Shown: positions 11,447-21,366 of the stretch, piece after piece
Position numbering within the stretch: the stretch's first letter is position 1
How the letters are laid out: each line of letters opens with the position of its first letter
Assembly (NCBI GenBank): GCA_026025795.1
Contig: JAPEUG010000005.1
Span: forward strand, 62,001 to 117,673
Reading direction: 5' to 3'
DNA from: Thelocarpon superellum
Taxonomy: Eukaryota
DNA: 55,673 nt
Made by a program: the position numbers and the translations under genes
The notes under the pieces: generated by a model
Databases searched by the model: none
Told to the model about the DNA's origin: nothing
What the model saw: only the letters and a program-made list of their open reading frames with translations

Positions 11447-13201
11447 ATGGCGAACCACCGCCAACGCGTCATCGTGCCCACCACCGCCGCCCTGCCCAAC
11501 GCGCATCGAGTGCCGCCGACGCATCCCCACGTAGCCAAAGCGATCAATCGAGTGTCACGAGAGGCTTTGATCGAGCTCGTGCTAGACTGGCTGAGCGACG
11601 AGAACCAAGCTCTGTGTGCGCCGCTGCTCCTCGAGGACGAGCACGACGAAGAACTGGACTACGGCGGGTACCCACCCTGCTCGACGTTGAAGGAGCTGCG
11701 GAGACTCTACGTCGATTTTCGTACCAGAAAGGGGGCGAAGCGCGAGGTAGCCGATCGAGTGCTGGAGGGAGACTGGGTGCGCATGGTCCTGCCGTGACGC
11801 GTGCGACTCGCTGACCGTGACATTCAGCGGCATGGCATTTCCCTATTCCAACTGGCCCAGACGGACATGCGATATTTCTTGGATCACCCCACCTCTCAAC
11901 GATGGACGGCGATGAAGCTCGCATCAGAGCGGCCGATTGCTGATGAGACTAACTCCGACAGCAAACGCACCGAGGCGCCAGGTCCGTGTCCTCCAACGAT
12001 CAAAGCCCTCCTTTCTCACGAATGCCAGATCTGCCGCGTTTTCACGCTCCCACTTTCCTCCAGAATTTGCAGCATGAGATTGCGCCGGTCGTCAAAGCCG
12101 TTCGTGCCCCGCCCTCACCGGACCTGGCCGACACTGACCCGTGGTAGCATTACTATCTCACGCGTACCCCCGCCCTTCGAGTCGCCTTCCTCCGCATCTA
12201 CATCCTTGACTCGCCCTACAACACGCCCTCCATCTTCTCTGGCAACGATAAGTCTGGCCCGGAACAACCCAAGACTCTCTATCTCGCTTTTCCCGACGGA
12301 GCACCATATGTCTATCTCGCCTTGGGCTCGCCCGGGGGAGAGGGCCGCAGTTTGAGAAAATACGTCATTGACGTGAGTACCGTATGCTTCCAACCTTCCG
12401 CCTTACTGACTATATTGGCAGGCACTCCCCAAGGCCTTGTCACGACCACAATCGCGATTGTGCCTGCAACCGACGTCGTTGCACTCGAAATCACTCGCCA
12501 CGCTGCTAGCCCTGCGCGGGTCTGGACCAAGCAATGGTGCGACGGGGGGATGGAGTATCTTTGCCGACGGCACAGTGGACGTGACGCCGCTGGAGCTACG
12601 ACCGGCGGAACTTCGCAAGAGGACGACGCGAGACGAGGAAGACAGAGAGAGTGGGGACGACGCCGAGGGAGGGGCAGAAGCAAGGGCAAACGCAGCATCT
12701 GGCCGACACGACGACAACAGCAACGACAACGAAGGATGGACGAAACGACGACGAGCGCTAGCCGAAGGACGATTCGGAAGCTACGGCGTCGAAAGCGACG
12801 GCCAACCCATGGAGTCATTCACCGTGACGTTGGAAGAGGCATTTCCGCCTCCCCAGGCGCAGAGCAGGCTCAACGAGGCCATTGACTCCTCAATCCAAGA
12901 CGTGAACGGCCCTCCGCCCACCAAACGACGACGCGGCCGGCCGCGGAAAACAGGAACGCCCGAGGGCACAACATCCGCTCGTTTACCACGAACGCATGGA
13001 GGGCAGAACGAGGAGGACGGAGACCAATGGACCCCTCGCGTCCGCGTCGTCTTCCACGGCAGCCACGTGTTTGCGGGGATACGGCATCTGTGCGAGATGG
13101 GCGTCGTCGACGTCGCTCGCATGCCGGGCTGGATGACGGGCGAGGCGGGCGTCAGTGTCGGAGTGGTACGCCATGGTCGGATGCGGGGACTTTATGAGTA
13201 A
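11447..13201 (+). CDS. CHL4: Kinetochore protein Chl4/Mis15/CENP-N, about 5 exons
   Basis: N-terminal SREALIELVLDWL and KREVADRVLEGDW/RHGISLFQLA, plus C-terminal FHGSHVFAGIRHLCEMGVVD..RMPGWMTGE, match fungal CENP-N. Short GT-AG introns start near 11777, 11982, 12100 and 12373. Confidence 0.85.
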
Positions 13202-13467
13202 GGGAGTGACAGCATCTGATCTGATCTGTAAGCCTTGAGGCTTGGGTGGGCCCTGGTGTATTCTACGCATGCTTGCACAAACATCCTACCGTGGCGATGG
13301 GCGGTGGTAGGGGGTATCCATATATGACGAAGTGATGACGAGGTATGATTCTCGAAATATTTCTCCTATATTATATTCCTGGCCCAACCAAGTTTGTGAC
13401 TCCGCTCACACAGACCCTGGACCCCCTACCCTTTCCTCCCTCTGCTCATTTACTCGTTCCTCTTTCC

Positions 13468-14844
13468 TCATTCCTTCGGAGGTAAACCAGGAGGCGGACC
13501 ATGGGACTGCATAATCCTCTTCACAAAGGCCTTCAACGTCGCGCGCGAGGGAAAGTCAGGCTGGAAGAAGAAATCATGCATGTTGTGTTCCGTCTCTTCC
13601 GTGATGGGTTTCATGCGCTCGTGCATGGCGCTTTCGTAGCTCTGCACCGCTTTCCACAGCCTCTCTTCTTCGTCTCCCTCGCCCTGGCCCTCGCCCACTT
13701 CATCCCAACCGTTCACCGCCGACACGATCCCCCGCGATAGCTCCAACGCATCCTGCATCGCGGCGTTGACGCCCTCGCCTGCAAAAGGCGTCATGAGATG
13801 GGCGGCGTCGCCGACGAGCGTGAACCCCTTTTTCGACGGCCACGTATGTCCCACAGGATGCATATAGAGGTTCCGTGGCACGAAGGCACCATCCGCGTGG
13901 CGGATGAAGTCCCGCAGTTCAGGCGCCCAGTCGGCATATTCCTCCAGGATGGCGGCGTGGACCTGCTCCAGGTCCTGCAGGTCCGTGGTCGCGTACGGGC
14001 CCTTGGATCGCCAGTCTTCGTCGCGCACGCCCCACGCGTACACGCGGAGGCTGCCGTCGCCGAGGCGCTGTGCCGAGATGGTCTTGCCGCCGCCGTAGGC
14101 CGCGTAGGTGCCTTGGCCAACCTGGGCGGCCTGGGCGGGGTGTCGCGTGTCGGCCAATGGGATGGTCAGGTCGAAGCCGCCAATGCCGCTGTAGAGCGTC
14201 TTGGTGGCGGTCAGGAGCGGCCGCACCTTGCTCCACGCGCCGTCGGCGCCGACGACGAGGTCGAAGTCGCCCTCGGGAGTCCCGTGGGAGAAGTGCAGTG
14301 TGCCGTCTGCCGTCACGCTCTGAAGTTTGCACCCCCATCGGATGGTGTTGGGGCGGACGGCGGAGAGGAGGATGGCGCGGAGCTGGGCCCGATCAATCTC
14401 GGGTCGAGCTTCCTCTTCTCCGTCCCCTCCTCCTCTACCTCCGCCCCTTTCTCCCTCGGCATCACCGCCGTCGGGCGGATCTTGGCGGGTTGGCCCCCCG
14501 GCATCGTCGGCATCGTCGCCGTCGTCCAGAAACTGCCATTCCCGCATCCACGTCTTCCCGGCCTTGTCGGCCACGATGTACACCAGCTCATCGTACCGCG
14601 CATCTTCTCGGAACTCCTCCCAGAGTCCGGCTTCGCGGATGGCCAACAGGCCCGATTCTTCGTGCAGATCGAGGGTGCCGCCCTGTAAGCGAGCCGTGGA
14701 CGACGTCTCGCTCTCGAATACGGTCACATCAATGGGGCGTGCTGTCGACGGCGTGGCTCGCTGGAGGAGCGCGGCCAGGGTGAGTCCTGCGGGCCCGGCG
14801 CCGATGATGGCAACACGGACTTGTTTGGTATCAGCAGTAGACAT
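13468..14844 (-). CDS. FAD-dependent monooxygenase, TetX-like group A flavoprotein, intronless
   Basis: Motifs IIGAGPAGL (GxGxxG), QGGTLDLH, RPEIDR..LR.ILL, DLVVGADGAWSKVR and LVGDAAHLMTPFAGEGVNAAMQDA. Confidence 0.9.
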   Translation of the reverse strand: MSTADTKQVRVAIIGAGPAGLTLAALLQRATPSTARPIDVTVFESETSSTARLQGGTLDLHEESGLLAIREAGLWEEFREDARYDELVYIVADKAGKTWMREWQFLDDGDDADDAGGPTRQDPPDGGDAEGERGGGRGGGDGEEEARPEIDRAQLRAILLSAVRPNTIRWGCKLQSVTADGTLHFSHGTPEGDFDLVVGADGAWSKVRPLLTATKTLYSGIGGFDLTIPLADTRHPAQAAQVGQGTYAAYGGGKTISAQRLGDGSLRVYAWGVRDEDWRSKGPYATTDLQDLEQVHAAILEEYADWAPELRDFIRHADGAFVPRNLYMHPVGHTWPSKKGFTLVGDAAHLMTPFAGEGVNAAMQDALELSRGIVSAVNGWDEVGEGQGEGDEEERLWKAVQSYESAMHERMKPITEETEHNMHDFFFQPDFPSRATLKAFVKRIMQSHGPPPGLPPKE

Positions 14845-15405
14845 GGTGGAGAGTCAAGAAAGCATGTATGAGCATGGGAGATTCGGTGTCCTTGTCACTC
14901 CATCTCACCATCACCTCCGCTTTATACGCAGGATCCTTGGATACCACGAGGCCTGGCATCCGAAGCCATAGGTAGACAGCTATGGGGGCCCCCGAAAGCC
15001 GAATGCTCTCCGGCAACCTACTCCCGTAAGGCTGAAGCGTACGGTACTAGGAGCTCCGGGAGGACTAAGAGCACCAAGAGGATCATGACTCCAATCGGCA
15101 GATTGGCGTCAGCTCGGAAAGCCAAGTTGTTCGGGCGCCGGTCGACCAGTCAGACGAGCCCATCGGCCTTTCGTAGTCTCGGAGCCGGAAAGAATCTCGG
15201 ATCCGGAGGCCACCGACTCTCCGATCGCCGAGCTACCCCACGAGCCTCTCCATACGAGTTCTGCAGCTGTCCGGTAGAACAGCGGCTTACGGTGATGACT
15301 TGCCTCAAGCCATTCCGAGAAGGACAATAACGTCGCTACGATCACCTACGAGCTACCTGCCACGCCATCAATCACCCAGTTCACCCACATCACCCAATCA
15401 CTCCA

Positions 15406-18287
15406 TCACCCAAACTTCAGCTGCCGTGACGCATCCCATGCCTGCCCCGGCGCCGGCGGCTGCGAAGGCGGAGGCGCCCCGCCGAATTTGATGCCCATCT
15501 CAGGCGTCCACATTCCCGGAGCGGCCGGCGGCATCACCGGACCCAACCGCGTAGGCGTCGGTGCGGCGAGCGGCTGGCTTGCTGGAGCGCGTGCTGCATA
15601 TGGTGGGTATTGTCGATCGTCCTGCCGTTGTCGGCGCAGACTGTCCGTCTGAGCCAGGCTAAGAGAAGCCATACTGTTCGTGAGGTCACTGCGGGCGATC
15701 CGTGTTAGATGTGCCACGGTCCAAGATGCTTGGGGCTGGCGAGGTAGACCTGCCTCAACATGTGTTCGGCCTCGTTCCGTCGTTGCTGCGTGAATGCTTT
15801 GCACTCGTCGCGGAACACAATCACGATCTTGGCCAGGTCGTTGTAGAACTTCCGGCCAACGTCGAGGTTCGACACGATCTCGCGATACTTGAAGTAAGCC
15901 GTCTCGAGCTTCTGCAGCGCCTGTTCTCGCGCCTTGTTCGACGTGTCGCCCCGTCGTGCGCTGTCAAAGGTCTTGGTCGCCTCGCGGAGCCGGGTGGCCA
16001 CCCGCTCTTGCTGCTCGCCTTCGTCCTTGAGCATAGCTTCGTCGCTGCCGTATTGTTGGAGACGTCGCGCGAACAGATCTTCGAAATGAGCCGGCTCGAT
16101 CTTCTGCAGAGGATATTCTCGCTCGAGGCGAGCGGCCTCGGTCAAGATGACGGGATCTGTGACATGCACACCACACGTCAGGCTTGATGCAATCACCCCT
16201 CGGGTGGGCGGGTCACCCACTGATGTCATCGGCTTTCGCCTTCTCTTTCAGCGCCTCCATCTTCCGCCGTCGCCGGCTCTCGATGCTGTTGATTTCGTTC
16301 AGCACGCCTCGGAGTCGGCCTGCTGCCCGCTGAATGTCTGATCCCATCGCCGTGCGCCCGCCACTCGGCACAAACGCGCGAAGATCGGCGTCGCTGCCAG
16401 CGAGCACGCGCATCGTGCCTTCATGCTCGCTCAGCTTCTGCCGGACCAAGTCGTCGCTGGCCGTCGCCGACTTGAAATAACCGTCGATGCCTCCCACATG
16501 GTCGTAGAGTCCTGGAGCCTCTTCGCGAGACGGCAGGCGCCGCCACCGATCCGTCCCGTACTTGGCACGAGCCTGTTCGTCCTCAAATGCCTCGGACTCA
16601 AGGATGCTCACGCCGTCGGTGTAGATGGCCCGATCGTTGCGCTTCAGCTTGTCCACGTCCTCGATGGTGCGGTAGATCCGACTGAGCCCGTCCTGCTGCC
16701 GGATCTCCTCGGCGTGCGACACCAGGCTGGGCGGCGGGCCCAAGGGCTTCTCCAGCGCTTGCAGTGACCCCGGCAGATTCAACGACAGGAGAAGGCTGAG
16801 AGAGTCACGAGTCAGCGGGGCGCCAGCCGATCCAGCTGCCTCTGGAGCGTGGCGAACCTATGTAAGGCGGCGGTGAGACTCTCCAACTCATCGATGATGG
16901 AATGTCGGACCAAGCGATCCCGTCGCTCTTCGTAGATGCTGGCCGCCACATGGACGGCAAAGGGGACCAGTTTCACAAACAGCGGCTGCCCCAGCTCTCC
17001 CCGCTCACCCAGCAACGTGGTCGGCTCGGAAATCTCCTTGGGGACCTTGACCGTCGCCATATTCGCGCGATCCAGCGTTTTCAACTCCGATTTGGGCGGG
17101 ACCGGGACTGGACTCCTGCGTCAGTCGTCCGCGCGACCGAGGAGGCGAGAGCCATACCGAGGTAGATGATGTCGTTGTCTTTTTCCGCCCGCTTGAGGTC
17201 CTCCTGCACGCGCTTCTTCAAGCCTTGGAGATCCTCCAGCACCGACTTGTTGATCCACCGAGACTCCTTCAGCGCCTCGTTCACGCACGTCAGACTGTCT
17301 CGCAGCCGGGCCACCTCCTCGCCGTACTTTCGCTTCTCCAGGCAGTCCCGGGACGCGCGATACTGGGCCGCGGCGGCGAAGTGATGATGTTTGGCCGTCA
17401 TGTGGTGCAACCATTCGGTGCTGATGGCGTCAGACTTGACCCCCCAATCGCCCGCGGCAGAATAATAATCCGACACCTTGGCCGCCAGCTTGGCAATGGA
17501 GGCATCTTTGAGCCCGTCGAGGACGGCCTTTTGCCAGAACCCCTCTTGGGCCTGCGCCAGCAGCAGCTGCTCCACGCTTTCCAGCGTCATCTTGTCCATG
17601 TCATCGGACGGATTCGATCGCATGTCATCGATCACCTGTGATTTGAGGTAGGAGATGACGCCGGCGGCGAGGCAAAAGTAATTGCACGCGGACTTCAGGC
17701 CCTCGGTCGTGCTGCGGTTGAGCGCCATGGCCAGCTGCGAGTAGAGAGCCGCCAGATTAAAGAGGATGTTGGACATTTCAAATCGAAGATTATTCTCCGA
17801 TACTGTGAAAGCGTCAGACCCCATCCGGGCACGCGTCGGACCCGGCGTACCCACCTGGGGTCTGGGTGTGATATCCTAGGGCCGGGTACCACGTAAAGTC
17901 CGCTCCGATCTTTCCAGGGACCTCAAGTCAGCGGAGATGGCCCAGCGTCCATGGTCTGGCCCGCTCCGGCCTGCTGCCCACTCACATCGATGGGAAACTT
18001 CCCACTGATCCACGCCACTTGCGCCGTGTACCGGGTGATCTTGCGGATTCCACTCACATGCGGCTCGCGCACGTTGATGGCCTCGGCGCGAAGATGGTCG
18101 ATCGTTTCGAGGTCATGGGCGAACATATCGGGGTGCTGGTCATACTTGGTGGAAATGTACTGCTTGATGGCGTCGGCGAGCGAGACGGAGTGCGTCCGCC
18201 GGAAGGGGAGGTCGAGGATGTTGCTAGGAGCACTTCAGTACGCCGCGGAGTCAATCTTTTTCTCCGACGGAAGACGTACCCAGACAT
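15406..18287 (-). CDS. palA: pH-response regulator PalA/Rim20 (BRO1 + ALIX V domain), multi-exon
   Basis: Exons encode NILDLPFRRTHSVSL, KFPID, FTWYPALGY, NNLRFE..NILFNLAALYSQLA, AEKDNDIIYL, LNLPGSLQALEKP, NLDVGRKFYNDL and a C-terminal PGMWTPEMGIKFG...WD.S..LKFG. Confidence 0.92.
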
Positions 18288-19040
18288 GATGACGCTCTCA
18301 ATGCCTCTCAATGCCTCTTAAGCTTGGTCGCGACGCCGTGAGCTCAACGGACTTGGGCGACGTGGTGCGTGGAGTGCTATTGTCATATCTGACGTAATGG
18401 CGAGCAACGGGTGCGGGCCGAGGGATAAGGTTCACCCAGTCCTGGGACGAGCAGGGTCAAAGGTCGACGTCAAATGCCATGGCATGCATCTCCATCACAT
18501 GCTATGCCGATACAACCTCGGGACTGCCCGGTGTACGGATGCCTACACATTCGCACCCCTCTGTATCTCTCGAATTACGTTCCTTTTTTCGCCAGGGAGT
18601 TTAGGGAGTGGATGGGGCGGTGGCATTGAGGCTCAAGATCTCATGCAACTGCTCCTTTCACCTTCTGGAGCGCTGCAGCAAGCGTTCCTGAGTGATATTC
18701 GTTCGAACATGGTTTGGTAGACGAAAACATCGAGCAAACGAGGAGCGGAGGATGATGGGTCTTACCGTATCGGCACCAATGCCATCCGTACCAAATCCAG
18801 AAGTAAAGAGAAAGAGCACCACGACGGTAATGGTGATCCACTACGCCACCATCGGCGCCAGGACATCTACAGTGGTAACGACAGCGCGGAGCCAGGCATG
18901 CAAGCAAGAGGTGAGGTTGCGAAGGGCTAACCTGCAGCATGGGAGATAGTGGCAAAGCCCCCGAATGACCAGGCCGAGTCAGCAATTGACTGACGCAACG
19001 CCCACCAGATGCCTGCGGGCAGAGCTCGATTAATCACATC

Positions 19041-19130
19041 TGTAGGAATCAGAGCTGAATTGCTAATCTACACGTAGCCGGGATTGTAATAGGGTTGGGC
19101 ACGTGACTTGGTCACGTGCGCGCTCCTACA
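19041..19130 (+). mobile_element. 90-bp miniature non-autonomous element, copy 2
   Basis: Ends TGTAGGAATC...GCTCCTACA. Direct repeat CATC at 19037-19040 and 19131-19134. Internal palindrome GCACGTGACTTGGTCACGTGC. Confidence 0.85.
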
Positions 19131-19625
19131 CATCGAGTAAGAGACTGCGGCGAGGAATTGACATAGCTAGAAGTAACCGGTAGTGAAGCATTGGTAGTGC
19201 TTCACTGCCGTGTGCCCCATGAGCTGATTACGTACGAATACTCGACACAGTTGGCTTCGACTGAATTTATCACAGGTACTTCATACCGGAACAGTTGCAG
19301 TGCCGGTGGGGGGTCGCGGCGTGTGGCGACCTTCGTCGCGGGCAACCTCGCTTGGCCGGGAAGGGTGACTGGCTTCCTTGGAGGTCTGGTAGCGATCAAG
19401 GTAGCCAACTCGCTAGTCATAGCGATAGCTTCATCAACCGGGACTTTCCGTTATCGTCATTACTCAGGCCCCCAGGACCCCGAACAATGCCTGGTCCCGG
19501 TCGATGATATGGTACGAGTACCGTCCAATGGTCCCAACCAACACTAGGCTAGCAGCCCAGTGTCACACGTCGCTTGGCAACTTCGCCCCAGAGCAACTTC
19601 ATCTGTTCATTTCTTCACCTTAATC

Positions 19626-20599
19626 TCATGCAGCTCGTCGTCTTCCTTGCTTGACTTGCTCCTGCTCCGAGGATTGGTATAGCTGTTCGCTCAGTATCCA
19701 TGCCGAGACGCCTGGTGTGACGAGGCGGTGCAAAGTCTCCTCGTCGCCCCGCGCCACGGCGTCTCGGACTTTGGTCGAGCTCACCGTTTCCTCGCCCTCC
19801 GCTCGACCCGCCACCAGTTCAATCCGGTCGGCCCACGCTCGCTGGCCTCCCTCGTGCTCTCGCTTGCCCTCGGCGAGATCCTTGACGTACTGCGCCTGGT
19901 CGGCCAAGGACCCCCACGCCGCGTCGGTGCGATAGGTGACGCGTAGCCGATGCCGCTTCAAAAACGGCGCCAAGGGTTCCAAGTTATGATGAGGCGGATA
20001 ATATTTGGGGTTCAAGATCCGAATCAGTGTATCATATCCGATCAGATGCACCTGCGGCGGACCCGCCGAGGCCGTCGTAGCATAGACTGGCAAGGTCGCG
20101 ATGGCCTCTGCCTTGTCACGGAAGTATGGTAGCGTCGTCACCGCGACGTCCACCGCCGGTAGCTCGGCCTGGGGCGGAGCGTCGTGGGCAAGATGCTGAC
20201 GACAGTCATGAGCCAAGGCGGACATCATGGCGAGACGATGCTCAAACGGCGCCGGGGTCGGTGCTTGAGGCCTGGTCAGTGGGTGGGTCAGGGCACGCGG
20301 GGGAAGGAGCACGGGAGCGGCTGCTGGTACGGTGGACTACCTTTGTCCGCATTCTGGGTCGCGAGCAGCAATAGCAAGCGGCTCGCACCATATCCCGGGC
20401 CTTGCTTCAGGGCCGACGTGGCAATGCGGAGGTGTGCCTCTGTGGGTGGGTTGAAGGACGAGTCCAGCACGAATACGGTCGTCAAGGAGGAAGGCGATGC
20501 TGCGGCCGCGACGTCTGGGACCGTGTGGATGATGCGGAAGTCAGTTTCCATGCCTTGATCAACTTCGCTATATGGGTTTGGCATGTTTAATTTTAACAT
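19626..20599 (-). CDS. POF1: Nicotinamide mononucleotide adenylyltransferase / cytidylyltransferase-like protein (Pof1 type), 2 exons; start at 20599 or 20551
   Basis: Motifs VLDSSFNPPTEAH (HxGH-like), LLLLATQNADK, HRLAMM, PYFRDKA, HLIGYDTLIRILNPKYY and VSSTKVR. Intron at about 20264-20340. Confidence 0.8.
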
Positions 20600-20852
20600 A
20601 TCATGCTCTTCCCAAAATCAGCAAGCTTTTCGGCAAATGAGATGTGGGCCTATACTAGGTCCATCATTATGGGACAGGTTCATGCTACACGACAAGTCTG
20701 ATCGAAACTTGAAAGTATAAGTAGAGACAGTGGACGCCACTCTTATCTTCATCAGTCTGTTCCTAAGACCAACATACTCTCTTTCTACCGAATGTGCAAA
20801 CCTGAAGTATCAGCTCATACATTTCCTCTTTACCCATCAGTTCTTTACAGCT

Positions 20853-21366
20853 ATGGCTTGTTTGCCTACCTTGCTAGCAGTGTTGCTCTACGCTATATAT
20901 GTTAATGCGCACCCTTGGCGGCATACAACACCTTTTAGGTAAGATCTGGACTCTGTTTGAGTGGGCTGAAGCTAAAACTAGTACGATCAGTGCGTGGGAA
21001 AACAAAAGCTGTGGTTATGTTCCTGTTGGGACACGAACCTGCACTTATGGAGGTGAAATCGTTGTCTGCAGCAGCCCCACCGTTACCTGGTTGTATGATT
21101 CCAACCAAGACCAGAGTATGATTCTCCTGCAGACATCGCAAAGATGGAAAATTGAACCCCAGCTTACTAGTGCCCACAGCGATTTGCAATGGACCGTCGA
21201 TCTCACCAAAGGTGTAGAGGCAAATGATATCCAACTATTCATCGATATTGCAAACACTTCCCATTCCATTCCAAGGTCCGAATCCTTTTACTCCCTGTTT
21301 GTTATCTCTAGGACCAATAGACATGCCTACCACCTGAGCGAACGAGAACGGCAATTTTCTTTTTGA
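20853..21366 (+). CDS. Putative small secreted Cys-containing protein, multi-exon; 3' end unresolved
   Basis: Signal-peptide-like MACLPTLLAVLLYAIYVNA, then a GTAAGA donor near 20939 and a downstream Cys-containing frame (WENKSCGYVPVGTRTCTYG). Lies in a locally AT-rich block. Confidence 0.4.

Noticed and set aside
18397..19547. Short ORFs between palA and POF1
   Set aside because: No recognisable motifs or convincing exon structure; treated as intergenic apart from the 90-bp element.
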